Shown: positions 53,286 through 64,000 of the stretch, one piece after another | How the letters are laid out: the number at the start of each line of letters is the position of its first letter | Numbering within the stretch: position 1 is the stretch's first letter | Source of the DNA: Rotaria socialis | Lineage: Eukaryota | Length of the DNA: 64,000 bases | Assembly (NCBI GenBank): GCA_905331295.1 | Contig: CAJNYD010000058.1 | Span: 124,001 to 188,000 of the forward strand | Reading direction: 5' to 3' | The notes under the pieces: model-generated | Databases searched by the model: none | What the model saw: the letters and a program-made list of their open reading frames with translations, nothing else | What the model was told of the DNA's origin: nothing | Position numbers and translations under genes: made by a program

Positions 53286-55287
53286 ATGAATAGATTAGGC
53301 ATGAGAGAACATATGGAACACGACCCATGGGATATAAATGCTACAAGATTAAAAGATGAATTAAATATTGAACGGCATGAATGGCCAACTAAGCGACAAT
53401 CATATAGTATATGTGGAAAGCTGGGCGAAGGAGCAACTGGTAATGTCAGTAGACTAGATAAACTAATCTAATGAAAGATAATTTTATTTTAAGGAATCGT
53501 GCATTGGGCAACATGTACAGGATGTTCAATGCGAAAACGTGTTGCGATTAAACGTATTCCTATAAAAGAATCTATGTATATTGATATTATACGTGAGATT
53601 CATGTTATGGCATCATGCTCACATGAAAATATTGTTCGATTTTTTACAAGCTTTGTTTATAAAACTGAACTATGGATTATCATGGATCTATTGGATGGTG
53701 GAAGTATAAGACAAATCATTGAAAAACGAATTCGAGATAAAAATGATTGGTATCTTGGTGTATTCGATGAATATGAAATAGCAACTGTTATGCGTGAAAC
53801 TGTGAAGGGTCTTGAATATTTACGTAAACAACATTATTTCTCAGCTAAAGAAAAATTTTTTTTTTATTAATTGCAAAATTTAGATTCACAGCAATATATT
53901 CATCGAGATATAAAAGCCGGTAATATAATGTGTAAAATTGATGGTACAATTCAGTTAGTTGATTTTGGTGTTAGTGCCTTCATAACAGATTCTTCAACAC
54001 GACAAAAAGCTATTGCTCATACATTTGTTGGAACACCTTATTGGTAATTATATCTTCTCGTACGAATCTTTTCTCCTATTATGGAAACATGAACAATTCA
54101 ATATAGGATTGCACCCGAAATGTTTTCATCTGCGGGCTACGATAATAAAGTTGATATATGGGCTTTAGGCATTGTTGGTATAGAATGTGCTACAGGACAT
54201 CCACCTTATTATAAAAAATCAGCACAAGAAGTATTTCGTATTCTATGTAAAGATACAAAAGGACCAACGGTTGATTCGAATGCCGAACGTGAAGGACAAT
54301 ATATGAAATATGATAATGGATTTCGTCATTTTCTTGATACGATATTAGAACCATCAGCAATGAAACGTCCCAGTGCATCGCATTTGCTACAAACAGATTT
54401 TTTAATGAAATTTGCTCAAGATAAAAAATTCATCGTGGAACATATGGTTTTAAAAATTCCATTCGATTGTATTGAACAACAAATTGATATTGATTTGCAA
54501 TGTGATGATCTGAAAGATCGAATACAAACAATGAATAAAGAACGTGCTCTACAGAATGAAAATACAATTTTAGAGAACATCAGAAATTTTTTTCGGTAAA
54601 TTACGATGATTTATAAATAGATTCTCATATGATATCTTCATTTTGATAGACCCATATCACAAAAAGTCATACAAGTAAATTTTAATATTCACAATTTTTG
54701 AATAAGGAAAAATAAAATCTATTTGAAAGGATATAGATCGACAATTAGATGCCAATCTTGATTCAAAAATGATAGTAAATCAAGAAATACCATTATCAAT
54801 TAAATTGAAAATAAAAGAACCAGGGCGTTTAGCATTTTCATTAATTTCATTTAAATATCAATCGAGCATTGATCATCCAGTGAGTGTTGCACAAGAATTA
54901 GTGGCTGAAAATCATGTATATGGACATGATTATATATTAGTAGCTGCTAACATTGACAAGGCACTTTCATATAAAGGCAAAATTCGATTTACACTACATA
55001 AAATTGATGGTAAAGGTTTGATTAGTTACTTTAGAGATAGGATCTGTTCTTGTTGACCTTTTGTTTTTGCTTAATTAGTTTTGTGAGTTTATTTAGAAAA
55101 ATATCCACCATCCTATGCAGAAGTTTCTGTTGAAGAAACATCTCAAACACTAACGAATAACAGTATTTTAACTAGTGATTTTCGTTCTACGGATTCAATT
55201 CGTCAGGAAAATAGTATTCATGAGGCAACAATAACGACGACCAGTACTAAAACAGATGATATCATTACATCAACAACTTTCACTTGA
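53286..55287 (+). CDS. OXSR1: STE20-family kinase, OSR1/SPAK/Fray-like, with C-terminal CCT domain, multi-exon
   Basis: LGEGATG, VAIKRI, REIHVMASCSHENIV, IHRDIKAGN, DFGVSA, HTFVGTPYW|IAPE. CCT-like ISFKYQSSIDHPVSVAQELVAENHVYGHDYILVAANIDK. The start codon could be 53286 or 53301. Confidence 0.85.
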
Positions 55288-55936
55288 GGAAGTATTATAC
55301 ATCAATGCAAATGACCTTGTAGACGACAAACAGTCAGTCATACCAGGATTTAATCATTAACAACATACATTGGACATATGCAAGTATAGTGTCGAAATAT
55401 TTTGATTGACAATCTGACAAAGATGCATATATGGATAGAAACACTTACAAGTGTCAATAGCTGAAATTGTTTTTTTCTTTTTATGCCTCATTAAATACAT
55501 TATTTATGTTATTTCAACTGTAACAAATGCAATATAGATCTATGATATTTTAAAGAGGGAATTCATCATTTTTATATTAGGCAGTTTTTCTAGGTCTTTA
55601 CTGTCTACAGCGAATGTATTACAATGAAAAATCAGAAATACGGATATGTAATTACTTTATAAGCAATGTTGTTGATGCCTTTAGTCGACGAATCAATTAG
55701 ACAAATTTTTATATCAGGAACGAGAAGAGCAGTGCGTACAATATGTATTTTCTTTGTTCTACAGTGTTATGGTCGAGGGCAAATTGAGTAGTATAAGATA
55801 TGACGAATAAAAAAGAGCGTCCGTTGTTTCTCTTTCTTTCCTTCTTTTTTTCTTTAGTCATGCATATTTAGGCACCAATCACACTGAGAAGTAAACTGAC
55901 ATTATAGTAGAATTAAGCCATGTGATTGGTGCATTA

Positions 55937-56239
55937 CCCAGGTCGACAAATCCCACATCGAATCCGATAGGAAATTGATAGTGTCCTACCCTCTGACAGA
56001 ATCGTATAGGATTCTGGGTCAAGGGATTGACGTCGGAACCCATTGAACTTCCAATGACATCCAACAATGTTTCTTTGGAATTCATAGGAATCCGACACTG
56101 AGGATCCAACTTCGAATCCGGAACCCAGAATCCGACGATAGGCCTGTAGGGTCCGATAAAATCCGATAAGATTCTACTGGATGCGAGTCGGATCGGATGG
56201 GTTCCGATAGGTGCCTACTCTTGGATTGGTCAACCTGGG
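55937..56239. mobile_element. MITE with CCC termini and TA TSD
   Basis: TIR CCCAGGTCGACAAATCC / GGATTGGTCAACCTGGG, TA flanks, dense ATCCGA/TCGGAT internal repeats. Confidence 0.8.
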
Positions 56240-59200
56240 TAAGAGTGGCGTAATCTTTTAGAGTTGATTTAACTCGTAATGCATCAATTAGATTCCTTAA
56301 TGCGACTTTAACTTAATTCACATTTCGAGTGTGATTGGGATTGGGTCTTAATATCAACCTCTTGATTTATTAAGTATGACTATTGTCAAGCGTCAATATA
56401 GATCCATATACAGTAAATGACATTATTTTTCTTCGTTCTATAGAAAATAAACTTATCTAATTAGTCTACTTAGATGTGTTCACTAATTTATATTTCGTGT
56501 ATTCTTTTTTGAAAAAAATGAATAATTCTTATGCATATATTCATAAATTATATTTATACAACATATTTCTATACAAGATCGACGGACTATTCTCATTCTA
56601 AGAAGATGATTGTCTGAAAACAACAATACTATGTAATAATGAATGCCAAGTTTTGTAAACCCAATTTGAGTCGAATCGAATCGAATGGCACTATGTCATT
56701 CATTTCGATCTCTGGTTGATATTTATTTTGTATGTGCAACTATACATACTACTAAGAATAGCTCTATAAATTCGAGAGAAAATTCATGCTCATGAAATTC
56801 TAGCCAATCAATTATTCCACAATCAAAAGTGTATAGTTATGTAAGTGAATGAGAATTTGAAGGATAATAAAGCTAACTGAGAGGAAAACGTATGAAACTG
56901 AACGATTAATTTGACAAACAGTCAAAGTTGCAAAGATTATTGAATTTTCTATGATTATTATTTCAAAAATAAATCAGAGCAGTTTGTAGAATCTGAGAAA
57001 ATTTTTTGTTTCTCTCTCTCATAAGATTGACTATATATTCCTTTTGTTTTATTTTTTTTTTGGGCACGTTTTAGTGCTGGAACACGATAATAATCATTAA
57101 AAAAATATTCACTATTGATAATGCGAGAATTAAGTTTTCAAATTTTTTAAGATGAAATGCTTTTTATTTCTTGAATGTGTCATTCAGCAATTTTAATTCC
57201 TAGAATGCCAATACGGTGTAAATAAACAAGAAAAAAACGGAGTTTATGATGACTTTTTCGTTAATCATGAATGACGGTTGAGTCAGTGTATGAAATTGAA
57301 TTTCGCTGCTTTCTATTTCTATCCTTCAATTTACTATCTCATTGTTATTTTAATTGTTTGCCAAGTCTTTGTCTCATTCTAGGACTAATGCTATTCTTTC
57401 CTAAATTCTTAACAAAGCAGCTTTCAGTGGCAGAGTGTGAAATTGACGATGGATATAAACATAACACAGGGAGCGTGCGAAACTCGTTCGAGTCAGCTTG
57501 CTAATTACTAATAATAGAGACATTAGTCTTTTTTTCTTCGATGGTTTCCTGCTATATTTCTTTTTTAGATCTGGTCTCAAGCAGAACACATCGGCTAAAT
57601 CCAGATTGTATTTCTGTCTTTTGTTTTCGAAGCCAGAGGACCTTTTCACAACACTAAGATGTCACCAGAAGAGACTGATGGGATATATTTAATGTATATA
57701 CGAGCGAAAAGTCACTTATATACAAAAGATCGGCTCTGGCTCAAAAAGCACAAAATAGCGGCAAAATAGATCATGTCTATATTAACTGTTGACGTTTCAT
57801 ACTGATAAGAGTTCGTTTTATGCTCATGAAGAAAAAAAAAAGAAAAATTTCGAATTAGTCTTGTTATTTTCATGGTTAGTATATAGGAACACATATAGAT
57901 ATATAGACTAACTTGTTAATATTGCAATTGTCGACGACTAATTAGAGTGCCCAAAATATGTTTTCTTTCCTATTACTTCTTTTTCTCAAGATACATGTAT
58001 TAATTTTTGTCAGTCGTGTACAAGAAGAGAGAGCGAGAAGAAAGAAAAATCATATACTGTCATAAAACAAGCGATCTAGTGTATTTTTTAGAAAAATAAG
58101 AAGAATCACACATTATTTAACTATTCGAGTATTTTTTTTATTACATACATACATTTTATATCAAGCTACATCTGTAGCCTTTGATCTTAGATGATAACAT
58201 CACATATTAGAAAATAATTTTAAATCTCGATTTTTCTTTTTCCGATGCCGAAAATAGATTAACCTGCAGATGCGTATTTCCTGTTATAACTGTGATAGTG
58301 AAAAACATTTTCAGACTGATTTTAATGAAGCACATATTCAATTATAAATTAGTACTCTTTGCTTTATGTTGAATATAGCTAATGTGCGCAGTATCTAGTA
58401 TTCTTACTGGAATTTTCAATAATGACAGACACTCCCACAATGCGTAACTATTTTCTATCTAGAGAAGAATATCTTCGGTGAAAGCATTCGTGTGCTTGAG
58501 AATAACGAATATAAATCATGCGTTTTTCTATTCATCAGTGTGATTATATTTTGATTTTGTTATCGGTAGGAAATGATTTTTATTTTTACATACAAAAGAG
58601 AACCACTAAATAAATTTCAAGATTTTTTTCTTTGAACTGTTTTATCATCAGTGTATACCTATTCGTCAATCTGACTGAGAAATATTATATATATATATAT
58701 ATTTATATGATAGAAAAAGAAAAGGTAAGTTAGAAAAAAAAACTGACGGAAGTATTAATTCTACATTTGCATCAATGGCTTTCAAAATGAACGAAGTGTT
58801 TGTCATTTTCCCGTTCTACATACTAGCTCACCAATGAAATAACAAGTGAAACAATGACAACAACAGAAACTACGCAAATTACAGAGCAGAAAAATGGATA
58901 GTTTTTTTTTTTATTGATATGTCTTTTGGAGAGCAAAAATCTAGATGATTGAATGAATGAATGAATGCTCATGACATGCTATGATTACTTACAAAAATAG
59001 ACGACCGTATTTGATTCATTAGAAGAATATAAACGACAATAGTCAGCAATAAATCGATATTTTTGTTTGTATGTGCGTGCTTGTAAGTCATTCGTTGTAT
59101 TATACAGACTCTTGTAGTGTTTTATTATTGTTTTTGATATATGTGAGAAACAACGGCAATGACGGCAATTTTAGATACACAGCACAAGTCGTATTGTATT

Positions 59201-60825
59201 CGCAACATTATTATCCCTATCGTCATCATCGTCATCGTAGAGGTGATGAGGATCATGACGATAATGATAATGATAATGATCATCATTATCGATATCATCA
59301 GTCATGTAACAAATTGTTCTAACGATTACGTTCTCGATGTGTATCAGATTTCAGCATTGAATTGACTGGCTGATATTAGTCGAACAGTTGGCATATTCTA
59401 TGTGCTCTTGTCTTAATCTTTATACAATTCTGTTCTATAAACTACTGATTGTCATAAGTGTTAGATACACATCAAATCCAATCTTTAACTGGTAACTTGG
59501 AACTAATGTATGTCTACTGCAATGACAAGTGCATACTCAAAAATACTCGTCATTTTCGTTATTGTGTTTTCACATATGGCATCATTTTTTTGACAATAGT
59601 TACATGCATCTTGCGTCTTGTCGGTTCGTTTTCAAATCTATTGCAGATAGAGATAAAAAGAATACTGATAAACTGATTACCGTAATTATCCTATTGTTGA
59701 AATATCTAAACATTTTTTCTTAGTTTTTTGTGACGATTTGTGTTTCATTTTTTTTTCTTTGCTTCCATTCACAAAACAAATACATTAGATATTCTTCATT
59801 TCTCGTCGACTTTTGTTTTACATTGAACTCACAGAAGTATATTCATGAAAAGATTTTCGTTTATTCAATGATTGAAAATAGTCTTTTTCTTTCTGCTTTG
59901 CTTTCATCATTCCGATATTAAACTCGTAGCTACCAAGACAATGGTTGACGATAATGACATAGATGCGATTGAGTTTCGCATCTTCTTGTTTCTTTCTGTT
60001 TTTTACTCGTTGTATATTTCCTCACTGAAAATCTACATTCGCTGAAATATAGATAGAAATACAGAATGAAGCCGAAAGAGAAAGAAGAACAGGTCTATCG
60101 CTACTACTAAAGAAAATCCGAAATATTTATAGAGAGACAGAAAGACGAGAAAGAGTGAGAAGTGAATCTATCTTCTTTTCTTTTACTTGAAAATAACTGA
60201 ACTAAATCTTTCATGGACAATATTTCTTCTATTCTTTTCCCCTCTATTTTCTACAATAGAATCGAGTGACATAAAGTAAGCTTTTAATTCAGCTTGTCAG
60301 TTAACTTGCGTGCATTTTGTAACGCCTAGTTATATTCTTTTCGCTTTTCTTTTCAATAATTTAGTTCATATCTTCTATAATAAATTACAATGGGTATCTA
60401 TAATATAATTTTGTTAAAGATTTCTTTTTACTAGTATCTCAATCATATATTGAACTTCTCCTTCTGTAAGTTTTCTTCTTTCATAAGATACAAGAAAAGA
60501 AAGCTGTCTAGAATCATCGTTTATGTTTATGCTGTCTGGAAAGTAGTTTTTTCATGCAATGTCATTTCCGTTTGATTATTTTCTTCTGCTTGATCGAGTA
60601 GAAGCGATCAGTATTCGATAACATGAATTCAAAGAGTATACTCCTTTATTTTTTTCCCAAACGTTTTCCCTCCTTTAACTTTATGTCATAATAATAAGAA
60701 CTTTGTAACGGGACAAGGATGAATAATCTATACGAACTAACCGATCATATTTCAAATTAGAATAAATTATTGAATTCCTTTTTACTTTTGTAGATTCATC
60801 AAAACGGTATGCTGGGAAAAGAACG

Positions 60826-62662
60826 ATGTATTACTCCTCTTCTTTTTCTTCTTCTTCTTCTTCTACTAATATAGCATCATCAAGTGGACGTGCTTCATTA
60901 ATAGATTCGGATTCAAAATTTTCAACTCCATTGTCATTATTTGATGACAATTTAACATTAAACATTACGTTTGCATCATCATTTTTTAGAACTGAACAAA
61001 CAGCCTTACAAAATACAAATCCATCGTGTACTCTAATAAAATATGAATATATTACACAAAAAACTTTATTTAACATAGTGCGTTATATTTCACAAAATTT
61101 AAATCGATTTTTCATATTACCAGCTATTATCTTAAATCTATGTGCTTTTTACATATTACGACGTACACGTATGAATCGTTCATCGTCAATAGCTTTTTAT
61201 ATGCAAGCATTGGCATTATGTGACGTTGCTTTTTTTGCTCTACGTGTTATGTTTGGTGAACTATCAAGTTCAACAACTGGCAAACATATCTTAACAACTG
61301 GTCTATGTAAATTTCTTTTTCTTATGGTCAACGCAGTGAACTATACAACTGGTGAGTTTCTCTATTCAAATAAATACTGTCAAACTTCCGGAAGTAAAAA
61401 AAACAAGAACAAATGCAATAACAGCTACGCTGATAAATAGAGTGATTTTTCTTCTTCAGTAATTGTGCTGGTTTACACATAAATTATTGTTAAATCGAGA
61501 TCTTGAATCGTCAAAAATATGTTCGCTTGAGACACATAAAAATGGATATTATTATTATTTATTTATTTATCTATCATCTTTTGTTTTAGTATGGCTTATT
61601 GCTGCTATGAATGCAGATAAGTTTCTTGCCGTTTGCTTACCTTTACGTGTCTCAGATCTTTTATCACGAAAAAAGGCGTATGCCGTAGTTCTCGCTGTAA
61701 TAATTTGTTCAATGCTTGTTGCATCCGTACATGCCAGTCGAACTGTTTTGAAAAACAATGCATATTGTTGGCTAGAAACGTCACAAGATGAAAAACTTGT
61801 TTTTATACTTGATGCATTTTTTTGGTGCTTTGTTCCATTTTTTGTTATATCAGTATTAAATGCTGCTATATTTGTTGCCTTATTAAGAGCACGTCGTGAA
61901 GCATCATGCTTACATGAACCAACTAGTTCTTCAAATACAGTACCTATGTTAAGAGCAACAATCAATGGTCGAGCAGCAAAAACAACAGCAAGTACTTATC
62001 GTAAAGCATCAGCTAATTTGTCATCTACGAATCAATTTCGTGCATTAGGTACGCATCCTTCACCAACCGCTCGTACTCGTATGCAATCACAAAATCTTCA
62101 AATAACCATTATGCTTATAACGATATCAATATCATTTTTTGTTTTAACATTACCAAATGTTATTTACTATTTGCTCATATTTTTACGTGTCTTAATTGAA
62201 AGTTGGAAAGCTGTTAAATGTGACGTTAATGTTTATCATAATCTTGATGTATACGTACGAACATCAGCTATTATGTATCTTATATCAAATATTACATCAG
62301 ATTTAATGCATGTGGTCAATTTTTTCCTATATTTTATTAGTGGTGCAAGATTTCGTACTGAATTTCGTCGTTTAATATTTTATCAGTTATGCCGATGGTG
62401 TTCTAAAGGAAAAGATTCAACTAATGGAAAAGATATAACGCGTAATGAACGTTCATTTGTAGGAACGAGTGGCGTAGCGACCGTACGAACACTGGCATCA
62501 TTGCCAGGAGGTGGAGTTAAACAACAAAGTACGTCAAATACCAATTGTGCAACGACAATTAAAGATAAGCAGAACCCAAAACATGATGTAGCACATCTAT
62601 CTTTAACTTCGAATGTTGCGCTCGACGGTAGCGTATCAAGTGTACTTGAAGGAAAAACTTGA
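60826..62662 (+). CDS. Class A (rhodopsin-like) GPCR, neuropeptide-receptor-like, 2 coding exons (intron 61352-61589)
   Basis: TM1 IILNL, TM2 ALALCD, TM3 CKF...V|WLIAAMNADKFLAVCLP (DRY->DKF), TM5 CFVPF..ISVLN, TM6 FFVLTLPN, TM7 HVVNFFLYFISGARFR. Confidence 0.9.
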
Positions 62663-64000
62663 TGCAATCACAATGTTGCTATAGTCATAATTAATAGTGG
62701 GGGCCAAAATGACAGAAAATAAAAGCAATAGTCAGTTTGCACAAGAAAAAAAAACTTTATATTTCAGTTTATTTTTCTTAATATCTCTTATTTTATTTTG
62801 TGGTCTTCCTTATTTAATGTACACATTGTCGCATGTATCATTGAACAAAGAACTCAAATATAAGACTGCTCTATCAGTCTTGCATTTGAAAAAAACTAAA
62901 GTAAATATATAAAATATATATGTATGGTGCATCATCTGAAATGAAAAGATAAGAGATATGTATAATAGATAAAAATCTGTGACAACTGTCGACAGTATAA
63001 AAACGTATTATTTGATCAAAGGTTCGTTATATTTTGTCAATTGAGGAAATTTTTATTCTATAAATATTTACAAAAAATAAAGTTTACATTTGAATTAGTT
63101 CATTATCATTGGGTCTTATAGTCACAAATGACTATCATTTTTCTGATTAAGATAAATTGAAATTTTCATAAAATATATATTTAGAAAAAAAAAGTTTTTC
63201 TTTTTCATATATAGTATAGATATTAAAATTTACTATTTTATTCTGTGTTAATTGAAATAAATATTCTATAAATAGGTTTGATATGTATTCTGCATTTAGT
63301 CAACAGAAAACAGGTGTCACTGTTTTTCTTCGTTCAATTGCTTCATGTTTTCTGTTACACATTAGAAATTCCATTTATTTCTGTAAAATTTCATGAATAT
63401 TTTATCGGCATTTTATTACCTTTAACGAACAAATAAATTGTTGATAATGATTCAAACATAATTTATTTATAACGTAAGCAAGGTCATTTATTATAAAAAA
63501 ATCTTTCATTGATTGAATATAGGAAATAGATTAATTATGCTTCCGATGAATAACCTTGACAGATCATATTTCATTCGAATAATTAATTGTTCCAAATGTT
63601 GATTTTATGATTATTGAAGCATTTATTGTCTCCGTAGTATTTTTAGAACAGTCATGCGATAAAAGTACCAAATCACAAAAAAATGAAACGGCTATATGTC
63701 TCTTTAAAATGAGCAAAATTAATTACTCTCTTTGAAATAATACGTATTTTTTTACTCAAGCGCAAAATTTAAATAATCATTAAATGTCAATGATTAATAC
63801 ATGATAAGAATCTTGAATTATATCAAAGAGAGTACTAATTTTAATAAAAACTATTAAATTTCATGTCGACAGTTTTACTATTTTACACTCTTCTTCAAGT
63901 TTTCTTTTTTTTTTCTGCGTAACCAAATATTATGTTGACCTTGTGAATAACGAAAACGTTTGAGTATTTTCATGAAAACAATTTTGTAGAAAATTGTATG

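Noticed and set aside
61567..61965. Antisense ORFs over GPCR (also over MCM3 and the BTB gene)
   Set aside because: Shadow frames of real coding exons.

Overview
AT-rich eukaryotic genomic DNA with mostly ~50-70-nt GT-AG introns and three scaffold gaps. Gene families, intron size and bacterial-like genes suggest a bdelloid rotifer or similar microinvertebrate (inference). Tight gene clusters hold housekeeping genes (actin fragment, MsrA, MRPS28, EXOSC3/Rrp40, SRRT/Ars2, FUZ, CHP1, CCT5, MCM3), a MATH-MATH-BTB protein, an OSR1/SPAK-like STE20 kinase and a class A GPCR. Gene-poor tracts between them are rich in non-autonomous elements: hAT-type MITEs with 8-bp TSDs, CCC-ended MITEs with 2-bp TSDs, Helentron/DINE-like elements, and two copies of a tRNA-derived SINE with CORE-like sequence and 15-bp TSDs. 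Highlights: (1) an intronless stand-alone RNase III catalytic domain without a dsRBD that ends in a CaaX box (CVMS), convergent with an FkbM methyltransferase in a TE-rich island; (2) a DUF2177 gene of bacterial/viral type with two introns, heading a tight same-strand cluster; (3) several same-strand clusters with splice acceptors at or near the ATG, possibly trans-spliced operons; (4) a candidate poison exon in SRRT. All homology calls come from motif recognition by eye; no searches were run.
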